The position numbers were made by a program, and so were the translations under genes. A stretch of 51,257 nucleotides of DNA from Armatimonadetes bacterium UBA5419 (GTDB lineage: Bacteria > Armatimonadota > UBA10988), in assembly GCA_002409445.1 (NCBI GenBank), contig DHNJ01000268.1:1039-52295 (forward strand), given 5' to 3'. Shown one piece after another: positions 26,837-36,300 of this stretch; the first letter of the stretch is position 1; the number at the start of each line of letters is the position of its first letter. Below the pieces are notes generated by a model, which worked only from the letters and a program-made list of their open reading frames with translations, was not told the DNA's origin and made no database searches.

Positions 26837-28357
26837 TTAACTCAAGGTACCGGCGCCGGCCGCGACGAACGCCCGCACGTCCGCACCAAGCTGATGCAGG
26901 CACTCGTCCTTAACGTACATCATGTGCCCGGCCTCGTAGTAGGTCATCTGCAGATGGTCGCGCAAACTCTCATGCAGGCCAAGGTGGGCGAAGGTGTGCT
27001 CCGTCGCAAAATACGGCGTAGCCAGGTCATAGTAGCCATTGGCACAGAGCACGCGCAGCGACGGGTTGTGGGTCATCGCCTCGCGCAGGCAGTCGCTGAA
27101 ATTCAGGTACCGGTTGCCCCACTTGCCATAGCCCCACTTCTCGTAGAGCGGGGCGAGGATCTGGTAGCGCTGCTCGGCACGGAAGCCCAGTTCGCTGCCC
27201 AGGTAGTGGTTCCAGGCACTGGTGTAGGCCCCCGACAGCGCGGCGCTGCTCGGGTCGTACTCGTAGCTGTCGCTAACCAGGGCGCGGTCGCGGCCGAGGT
27301 AGCGGCTGTCCAGCCGGCCGACGGTCTGGCCACGGTCGCGCAACAGTTCCTTGTTGAAGCGGCCCATGTCGATGCGCAGCCGGGCCGCCTCCAGGTAGCT
27401 CGTCGACAGGCCGGTCAGCCGGCTGAGCCGGTCACGCAGGCTACGCGCGCGGCTGGCGGGCAGGCGGTCGCCCAGGAGCAGGCCGCTGGCGTAGTCGCCC
27501 AGCGCGAACTCCTCCGCCTCGGCCAGCAGATCACGGAGGGCGAGCTTCTGCTGCGCTGGCTTGAGCGCGTTGTGGTACCAGGCGGTCGCCGCGTAGGCCG
27601 GTAGGTAGAGGACGTACGGCAAGTCGTTACCGTCGGCGAAGCGGATGGTCGCCATGCTCAGCACGCTGGAGACCAGGACGATGCCCGCGAGATAAAGGCC
27701 GTGGTCGCCTTGCAGCTTCTGCGCGAGACCAGCGGAGCGCATCGTGCCATAGCTTTCGCCGCCCAGGTAGATCGGCGAGGCCCACCGGCCGTTGGCCGTT
27801 AGGTACTGGGTGATGAACGCCGCAACGCTGTCCACGTCGCCCTCAACGTTCCAGAACTGGTCCGCGTCGACACCTTCGGCCGCTTTGCTCAGGCCGGTGC
27901 CGACCGGGTCGATGAAGACCAGATCGGCGACGTCGAGTAGCGTGCCGGGATTGTCGGCCAAGCGTGCCGGCGGCGGCAATGCCTCGCCCTCCGGCCCGAG
28001 GACGACCCGCCGCGGGCCCCAGGCGCCCATATGCAGCCAGACCGATGAAGAGCCGGGCCCGCCGTTGAAGGCGAACAGCAACGGCCGGTTCTGCGGCTCG
28101 CCGGCACCATCCAGGGTATAAGCGGTGAAGAAGAACTCGGCCCACGGCTTGCCGTCATCGGTGCGGACGGTGAAATGTCCGGCTTTCGCCTGGTAGGCCA
28201 ACGTGCGCTCGCCGACGGTGACCTTGCCTTGGCTCTCGACAACGGGGGGCCGATCGCTGCTTGCCGCGGGCGGCGTATTGAGGGTGAGCGCCACCTGGAC
28301 CCGTGGTAGTTCGACCTCACCGGTGTACTGTGCGCTCGTCGGCTTCGACTCACTCAT
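26837..28357 (-). CDS. Peptidase S10 (serine carboxypeptidase) family protein
   Basis: FAFNGGPGSSSVWLHMGAWGP and the nucleophile block YLGGESYGT. GGGGAG lies upstream of the ATG. No obvious signal peptide. Confidence 0.75.
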   Translation of the reverse strand: MSESKPTSAQYTGEVELPRVQVALTLNTPPAASSDRPPVVESQGKVTVGERTLAYQAKAGHFTVRTDDGKPWAEFFFTAYTLDGAGEPQNRPLLFAFNGGPGSSSVWLHMGAWGPRRVVLGPEGEALPPPARLADNPGTLLDVADLVFIDPVGTGLSKAAEGVDADQFWNVEGDVDSVAAFITQYLTANGRWASPIYLGGESYGTMRSAGLAQKLQGDHGLYLAGIVLVSSVLSMATIRFADGNDLPYVLYLPAYAATAWYHNALKPAQQKLALRDLLAEAEEFALGDYASGLLLGDRLPASRARSLRDRLSRLTGLSTSYLEAARLRIDMGRFNKELLRDRGQTVGRLDSRYLGRDRALVSDSYEYDPSSAALSGAYTSAWNHYLGSELGFRAEQRYQILAPLYEKWGYGKWGNRYLNFSDCLREAMTHNPSLRVLCANGYYDLATPYFATEHTFAHLGLHESLRDHLQMTYYEAGHMMYVKDECLHQLGADVRAFVAAGAGTLS

Positions 28358-28469
28358 CGCGTATGCTCCCCGAGCGCGGAAGTGACCCGCGCCGATGGCA
28401 GTATACTCGGGCCAGGGGATGTAATGGAGAGGTGGCAGTATGGCACCGGATGGCCAGAGGGACCGATCG

Positions 28470-29048
28470 ATGAGCGACGCGGAACTGGTGGCGGCGGTGC
28501 TGGCGGGAGATACCGAAGCGTACTCTCTGCTAGTAGAGCGCCATCAGGATCGGGTTGTCGCCGCGGCGTACCACATTGTTTCCGATCGTGACGCCGCGGA
28601 GGATCTCGCGCAGGACGCCTTTGTCGAGGGGTTCCGTTCGCTGCGGCGGCTGCGTGAACCGGCCCGCGTCGGCGCGTGGTTCCACGGCATTGTCCAGCGC
28701 CTCTGCTACAAGTGGCTGCGCCGCCATAGTCGTGTTTCCTCGATTGAGACCGAGCAGTTCGACCTCATGCCGGGTGATTCGCCGCAACCCGACGAGCCAG
28801 GCGACCTGATGGAACTGCTCGCCCAGTTGCCCGAGCAGTACCGGCAAGTGCTCGTCGCGCGGTACCTCGAGGAGTTGGACTATACCGAGATCGCCGACCA
28901 GCTCGGCACGACGGTGAACAACGTGCGCGTCCGGGCCCACCGGGCGAAGATCCGATTGCGTGAGCTATTTGAGACTTTCGATGCCGCGCGCAAGGAGCGC
29001 GATCGGCAGCGGCTGCGCCTCATCGCGGGCGGTGGAGATTCGGCATGA
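28470..29048 (+). CDS. ECF-type RNA polymerase sigma factor (sigma-70 family group 4)
   Basis: Region 2 (YSLLVERHQDRVVAAAYHIVSDRDAAEDLAQDAFVEGF) and region 4 (LPEQYRQVLVARYLEELDYTEIADQLGTTVNNVRVRAHRAKIRLRE). The start is 28470 or 28440. Confidence 0.85.
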   Translation: MSDAELVAAVLAGDTEAYSLLVERHQDRVVAAAYHIVSDRDAAEDLAQDAFVEGFRSLRRLREPARVGAWFHGIVQRLCYKWLRRHSRVSSIETEQFDLMPGDSPQPDEPGDLMELLAQLPEQYRQVLVARYLEELDYTEIADQLGTTVNNVRVRAHRAKIRLRELFETFDAARKERDRQRLRLIAGGGDSA

Positions 29049-29758
29049 CCAAGGAGTGGCGCGAGCGTCTCGCCGCGTACGATGAAGCTGGCCTCGAGCC
29101 GCGTGAGCGTGCGGCTCTCGAGCTACTGCTCGACTCCGACCCCGAGGCGCGCGCCTACCTAGCCGATCTGCGTGAGGATCGCCAACGTTACCGCGAGGCG
29201 CTCGGCGCGATCACCGCGCGCCCCGGCTTCAACGCCGCGGTCATGGCGCGCGTCAGCGCGCACCAGGGCGCCTGGTACCGGCGCTTGGCGCTCAACCTTC
29301 GGCCCCGTGCGCTTGAGATGTTCGCCGTGGGCATGATGGCGTTGGTGGCCTTCGCCATGATCCCGCGTGACGTCGCCGCCCGGCAGCAGACCGTCTGCAA
29401 GACCAACCTTAAGGATCTTGGCCGCAGCCTAGCCGCCTATAGCCAGGACTGGGACGACCATCTGCCCGAAGCCAATACCTGGGCCGTGGCCACCGCTGCC
29501 TACCAGGAGCGGTCCAATGGGCTGATCTGCCCCGTCGACGACCGCGTCCAGGAGGACTCGCACATCGTTAGTTATGGCATGCCGCAGCGCGTCAGCGGGC
29601 AGAACCTGGGCCGCGTCCGCGATCTCGCGACCGAGGTCGCCCTACGCGATGCCGAGGGCTCGTTCCTCGCCCCGCGCCATGACCGGCGGGCTAACGCCGC
29701 CTACCTTGACGGCCACGTTGCCCCGCTGTCCTTCGACCCGCCGATCCCCGGCCGCTAA
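29045..29758 (+). CDS. Anti-sigma factor-like N-terminal domain plus one TM helix, fused to a pseudopilin-type H-X9-DG periplasmic domain
   Basis: ATGA overlap with the sigma gene. Helical N-terminus (RERAALELLLDSDPEARAYLADL) and TM helix LEMFAVGMMALVAFAMIP. Then TVCKTNLKDLGRSLAAYSQDWDDHLP and HDRRANAAYLDG (H at 29678-29680, DG at 29708-29713). Confidence 0.7.
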   Translation: MTKEWRERLAAYDEAGLEPRERAALELLLDSDPEARAYLADLREDRQRYREALGAITARPGFNAAVMARVSAHQGAWYRRLALNLRPRALEMFAVGMMALVAFAMIPRDVAARQQTVCKTNLKDLGRSLAAYSQDWDDHLPEANTWAVATAAYQERSNGLICPVDDRVQEDSHIVSYGMPQRVSGQNLGRVRDLATEVALRDAEGSFLAPRHDRRANAAYLDGHVAPLSFDPPIPGR

Positions 29759-29761
29759 CCG

Positions 29762-30334
29762 ATGGCCAGCCTGCTCGCGGCGAACGTCGCCGCCGCCCAT
29801 GCTGCGTTGGATCTTGCGGCCGCGCTTGACGAGCCGCTCCAGACCGCGGCTGAACTCGTCGCCGAGAGCCTGCGCGCGGGCGGCAAGCTGCTCTGCTGTG
29901 GCAATGGTGGCAGCGCGGCCGAAGCCGGCCACCTTGCGACCGAGTTCGTCGTGCGCTTTCGCGACGAACGGCCGGCGCTTGCCGCGATCGACCTGACCGC
30001 GAGCGGCGCCAACCTAACCGCCGTGGGCAACGACTACCACTGGGACGAGGCGTTCAGCCGCCAGATCGAGGCGCTCGGCCGGCCCGGCGACGTGCTGGTC
30101 GTTTTCACCTCGTCCGGCGCCAGCCCGAACATCGAACGCGCCCTGCACACCGCGCGCAAGCTCGGTGTGCGGCGCTTGGCTTTTCTCGGCCGCGACGGCG
30201 GCAGCTGCCGCGACCTGTCCGATGTCGAGTTGCTCGTCCCCGCCCAGGTCACCGCGCGCATCCAGGAGGCGCACCTCCTCCTCCTGCACACGCTGTGCGA
30301 GCTGGTGGAGCAGCGGCTGGGACTGCTCGGCTAG
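29762..30334 (+). CDS. gmhA: D-sedoheptulose-7-phosphate isomerase (SIS domain)
   Basis: LLCCGNGGSAAEAGHLATEF, VLVVFTSSGASPNI and QEAHLLLLHTLCE. The ATG is 3 nt after the anti-sigma stop. Confidence 0.85.
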   Translation: MASLLAANVAAAHAALDLAAALDEPLQTAAELVAESLRAGGKLLCCGNGGSAAEAGHLATEFVVRFRDERPALAAIDLTASGANLTAVGNDYHWDEAFSRQIEALGRPGDVLVVFTSSGASPNIERALHTARKLGVRRLAFLGRDGGSCRDLSDVELLVPAQVTARIQEAHLLLLHTLCELVEQRLGLLG

Positions 30335-33300
30335 CCGGTCAGGTGCAGGCGGTCCGCGCCGTCGATCTGCTCAGCTCGACCGGTGGCCAGTAGGATCTCC
30401 ACCGCCTCGTTGAAGTACTCGCGCATCGGCGCGGAAACGCGCTGGTACCCCAGCAGCCGCGCCGTTTCGGTGACCAAGTCCTCGCGTGGCAGACCAATCT
30501 GCTGGCGCAGCACCTCGGCGGCCGCGTTGGCAACCTCTTCGGGCGCGATCTCCTCGGCCTTCCGCTTTTCTCGCTCCGCGTCGCCGTTCACCCGGAAGAC
30601 GCGGTACTGCGCCGGATCGGCGCCCGCCGGCCAGAGGAACGTCCGCTCGCCGCGCCGGTGCACGTCGACGGCCGCGGCGGGCAGCGCGTTGTCGACGGCC
30701 ACGCGGACGGGCTTGGTCAAGCTCTTGATGTCCCAGAACTGGATGACCCGGCGCGAGGCGGCCTCGAGGCTGAGCGGCCCCTCGCGCTGCACCACGGCCG
30801 ACAGCACCGTGGCGATCTTCGCTCGTGCTGACGGGCCGAAGAAGTCCTCGCGCGTGCCCAGCGGCGCACGCGGCCTACTCTCGCGGTAGACGGGCCATTC
30901 GGTCTGCGTGTGTGCGGGTGCTGCCTCGTCGGCGGCGAGGACGTCATTGTCGTCCGCCGGTGGCGTCTCGTTCGCTACGGGCTCCGGAGCTTTCTCCGGT
31001 TCGGCCGGCTGCGCATCCGACGGCGCGGCGAGCGCCGCGGAGATCGCCTTCTCCAGCCGCGCGAGCACTCGCTTGGGCTCTTGCCACCATTCCAGCGAGT
31101 AGACCCGCTCCAATCTCCAGCCCAGGCCGGCGAGCACGTCACGGCGCAGCAAGTCGCGGTCACGGACCGAGCTGGCCTGACGGTAGCTAGCACCGTCGCA
31201 AGCGATGCCCAGGATGTGGCGGGTCGGGTCACGTGGGTCGCGCACGGCCAGGTCCAGGCGGTAATCGGACGAGCCGACCGCCAGGTCCACCTCGTGGCCG
31301 CGCGCGCGGAGTGCCTCGGCCAGAGCCTGCTCGATGCTTTGCTCGCTCGCCGCCGTACCGTCGCTCGTGGTGCCGCCGGTCAGCGCGCCGAGACCGCGCT
31401 CAGCGAAGTCGAGATAGGCCTTCAGGTCGCCCACCCCGCCCTCCTTCGAGACGCGGCCAAGGTCGATGTCCTCGGCCCGTAAACTGGCAAAGATCATCGT
31501 CTCGCGCCGCGATCGGGTCACCGCCACATTCAGCCGCCGCGCCCCGCCCGCCTTGTTTAGCGGGCCGAAGTTCATCGCGACCCGGCCTTCGCTATCTGGC
31601 CCGAAGCAGATGGAGAAGAGAATCACGTCGCGTTCGTCGCCCTGGACGTTTTCGAGGTTCTTGACGAACAGTGGCTCCTCGCGCTCCGGGTCCAGCGCGG
31701 CGTCCAGCACCGAATTGCTGCCGCTGCGCATCTCGAGCAGATCCTCGATGAGTCGCTGCTGGGCCATGTTGAAGGTCACCACGCCGAGTGACTGGTGTTG
31801 GCGCAGCGGGTCGGCGAGGCGCTCCTCAATCTCCGTGACGATGGCCTCGGCTTCGGCCTGGTTGGTGCGCTCGCCGCCGCGGTCGTAGGTGCCACCGACG
31901 AAGCGGAAGCTGACCGCCGAGTCGCGGTCGGGCGAGGGGAACGTGACCAGCCGTCGGTCGTAGTAGCGGTGGTTGCTGAACGTGATCAGGCTCTCGTGCC
32001 GGCTGCGATAGTGCCAATTCAGATGATGCTGACCGATCTGCGCAGCCTGGCAGTCGTCCAAGATGCTTTCGAGGTCGCGCACCTCCTCGTCGTCGGCCGG
32101 TTCGTCGTCGGCCTCGGCGCGCTCGAAGAAGCTGGTCGGTGGCAGCTGCCGTGGGTCACCGACGATGACGACGCTGCTGCCGCGTGCCATCGCCCCGATA
32201 GCATCCCAGACCGGGATCTGCGAGGCCTCGTCGAAGACCACGAGGTCGAACGGCGGGTGCTTCGGATCGAGGTACTGCGCAACCGACAGGGGGCTCATCA
32301 GCAACACCGGCTTGAGCTTGCCTAGCAGACGCGGGATCTGCGCGAACAGCGAGCGCAACGGCAGGTGGCCCCGCTGGCGTTGTGTCTGGCGCAAGAGAAT
32401 GCCCACTTCCGAGTTGTCGTTCACGTAGGTGCCGACCTGTGGAACCTCCTTGGCGAGCTTGGCGATCAGATGTGCCTGGGCCGCGTCCATGACTTGCTTG
32501 TCGGCCTTGGCGAACTCGGCGAGGGTGTGCTCGAAGGTGGCCCGTCGGAACCGAAGCAGGGCCGGTTCGGCATCGACGACGAACTGCGTGAACCAGCGCG
32601 CGTACGAGTGCTCGAAACTGTCGGCAACCTCATCCGCTGGTAGTTCGCCCTGTTCGATTGGTGCCAGCAGGGCGCTCAGGCCACCCTGCGCCGCGGCACC
32701 GCGCGCCTGCCGCCAGTCGAGCCAACCTTGGACGTCGCCCAAACTGTCCGTGAGCGCCGCGCTGCGTGCGGCCAGCCGATCGAGGTAGGCGTCGTCGTCA
32801 CTCGGCTCCGCCAGCCAGGACGCCTCAGTGCCGAGTTCTGCCGCGAGAGCGGTGACCGCGTCGTCCAGCGCCACGGCGCCTTGGAGCAGCGCCTGCACGC
32901 GTGGCGCCGCGCCGGCGGCTTGTGCAGTCTCGAGAAATGGGGCCACCGCCTCGGCTGCGCCCTCGCCCAGCAGCGTGTGGGCGGTCTTGCGCAGGCTGGC
33001 CAGCGCGTCCAGCGCCGTCTGCAGGGCGGACCACTCGGTCGCGGCGCCCTGCCACAAGGCGCCAAGCCACGGTTCGGCCGCCGTCGACGCCACCGCCCGT
33101 AGATGCGCGCCGGCGTCCAGCGCGGCCGGTAGGTCGGTCGACAGTGTCGCGGCGGACTCGGGTCCGCCGCCGGCGGCGCACAATACGGCCGCAGCTTCGA
33201 CGGCCTGGCGGGCGTCTGCCACGAGCGTCAGCGCGGTAGTGTGGTCGTCCGGTAGGCTCGTAGGCCAGACGCGGGCGAGGTCTGCTCGCGCCGTCTCCGC

Positions 33301-36300
33301 CTGCTGTGCGGCGGCGTGCAGGTCAGCACGCCGGGCGGCCTCGGCTGGGTCGTGTTGAACAGCGAGTGCGTTGGTCACGACAATGGCGAGGTTGCTGGTG
33401 GCGGACGCGACCAGTTGGTCATGGAAGTCGTCGGCCCAGGCCAGCGTACTCTCTGCGGCGCCTAGGTCTGTCGCCGCACCGGCCCACCGGTCACCCAGGA
33501 GGCGCGTGCCGTCGTTGCTCAGCCGGTCGATCTCGTGCCGCCGGCGCTGCAAGCCGGCGAGCGCCGACAGATGATCGGCGCGCTCGTCGGTGGCTGGCGC
33601 CTGCGTCAATGTGTCGAGAGCAACCAGCGGCGCGAGCACCTGGGCCACCTTGCGGCCTCGCACCAGGAAGAACGCGGCCTGGGCCTGTACCAGCTCGGCG
33701 TGCAGCGCGACCGCGTCCAAGTCGAGCACGGCCGTGCCGTACCGCGCCGTAAGTTCGTCAGTATGTGTGGTGAGGTCGCGCACGGCGTCGACCGCCTCGC
33801 GCGCCGCGGCTAGTGGCGCGTCCGGCGCAACCAGTATCGCGGCGCCCGCCGGCGCGCGCGAGACGAGGTCGGCCAGGGCGCCCAGAGCTGAGGAGGCGGC
33901 CCAACCTGTCGGCACTGCGGCGCCACGGGCCGTGGCCCAGCTGGCCGCGTGAGTGGCGAGCGCTTCCGTTGCCTGTGCGGTGCGGTCCAACACGTCGCGG
34001 ATCGTCTCTGGCGACGTCCAGGCTGCTTCCACCAGGTGCGCCAGTTGCGGGATGGCTTGGCACTCCGCCCCAGTAATGTCCGGCAACTCGGCCAGAGCCG
34101 CAGCACCGTACGTGTCCTGCAGGCGCCCCTGTTCGTCTGCGCTGCGCCGGCCCGACTCGACGAGTGCAGCGAGGTGTGGCTGGGCCGTCGGCCAGTCGTC
34201 GCTCAGGCCGAAACGGGCAAGTGTCCTGTCGATCTGCAGCAGGCTAACGAGCACGTCCGCGACGGTGCGCGATCGGCGGGGGCCCTGGAGGTCGAGTACG
34301 GGCGCCAGCGAGCGCACTGCTTCACGCGCTTGCTGGAACGTATCGAGCGCCGCGCGGAGGTCGCCTAGCCGCTGGCGGACCGCTTCGCGCCAGGCCAACG
34401 AGTAGCTACGCTCGGGTAGCCCGGCCCAGGGACCACCGTCGAGGTGCTCTACGCCTTGCGCCGCCGTGCGCAGGTCGGCCGCCAGCCGCCGGCAGCGGGC
34501 CAGCGTCTCGGGCGGGGGCAGCGTGGTCGGCGGCCATCCGAGATCGTAGGCGGGCATCTCGCGTAGTTGGGCGATCGTGCTGAGTGCGTCGTGCATCGAG
34601 TGCCCGGGTGCCTGTCGCCGGTGCAGCGCGTCGTGATAGCCCTCGAGCTGCGCGCGCAGCTCCTTGTAGTGGTTCGCACACTCCTTCCAGTCGGTGCCGG
34701 CGCGGGAGCGCTGGAGATTCAAGGTGGCGGCCAGATCCGCGAGGACGCTGGCCTTCTGTGCCTTGTTCGAGTGCAGCGCGAGCGTGAAGGGCCCGAGGCC
34801 GAGGCGCTCCAGGCGGGAATGAACGACGTTCAGTGCCGCCGCCTTCTCGGCCACAAACAACACCGTCTTGCCGGCGTACAGCGCGTTAGCGATGAGGCTG
34901 GTGATGGTCTGGGACTTGCCTGTCCCCGGTGGTCCGTGCAGGACGTAGCTGTGCCCGCGCACCGCCGCCTCGACGGCCTTCAGCTGCGACGAGTCCACAC
35001 TGACCACCGGCAGATAGGCCGGGCCATTCCCGCTGGGCTCCGCTGTCAGCACCGCTGGGTCTCGGAAGGCCGCGGTCGGCGTGTCGATCAGGTGCTGCAC
35101 CACCGCATTGCGGCGCAGGTCGTCCGCGCGTACATCGAGATCGCGCCACATCAGGAACTTGGTGAACGAGAAGAGCCCGAGGCAGGCCGCCTGGATGACT
35201 TCCCAGTGGGGCACACCGCTCACCGCGTGCGTGACGATGTTCATCACCTCGTGGATGTCGACGCCATTCTCGTCCGTCGGCAGCGGATCCAGGCCTTCAA
35301 GGGTGAGCTTGTGCTCCTTGGTCAGGAACTCCAGCAGCGTGGAGTTGAAGACGGTCTCGTCATTGCCCGCGCGCAGCTCGAACCGCTCGTGGCGCGAGCG
35401 GCGTTGTATCGTGACTGGCATGAGTAGAAGCGGTGCCACGCAGGCCCGGTTCTGCATTGGAACGAGCCAGACGAGGAAGCCTAGCGCGAGGAATAGCGTG
35501 TTGGCACCGTTCTCGTCGAGTGATAGGCGAGCATCACGGCTGATGCCCACGAGATTGCGCTGTAGCGTCGCCTCGTCGAGCAGCACCCGCAGGCGGCCGG
35601 CCTGGAGCTCCGACTTAAGCAGTTCGTCGGCCAGGTCGTTACCGGTGCGCAGCGCCCGGTCCCGAGCGGCGGCCAGGCGGGATCGCGAGAACTCCTGCGG
35701 TGGACCATGGACCTGCAGCTTCCGGCCGCTGGCCAGCGCGTCTTCAAGGGCGGCGAGGTCTGGCGCTTCCAAGCGTATGGACTTGGCGGTCAGCCGGAAG
35801 TTCAGCAGCCGATTGTTCAGCGAGAAGTCGAGCAACCGCTGCTTCCAGCGGTCCGGCCGCGCGCCCCCGGTGACTTTCTCTGCCGGCGTCTGCGCCGTTG
35901 GGGTCCAAGGCTTGATGAGCTCGTGCGGCATGGCAGCAGCGTGAGCGTCGACGGGAGCGTCCGCAATGACCTCGCCCGTTCCGCCACTCGGCAGGGGGCG
36001 CAGGCCGCTCAGGCGTGTACGGTGGACATCCACCGCCAAGATAAAGTCGCGTCGATCATCGAGCTGGCGCTGGGCAATGCGGGATGCCGCCGCGAACGAG
36101 ATGTTGCGATCGGTGAGCGCCGTGGCCTCAAAGAAGACGACTTGACCCAGGCTGGCGCGCTTACGCAGCTGACTAGCCTCCCAGACGACGGCCTCGGGAA
36201 AGGTGGTGTCCAAGAGCCAGCAGCCAACGAAGGCGTGGGTCCGGGTGATGTACAGAATGGGGTTCAGCGCGGCTTGCTCGAGCACCGCGGCGGCCAAGAC

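Noticed and set aside
28379-28407. GAAGTG-N17-TATACT upstream of the ECF sigma gene as its promoter
   Set aside because: The -10 is good but the -35 is poor for sigma70 and is not a convincing ECF GGAAC/CGTC-type pair either. It was left uncalled.
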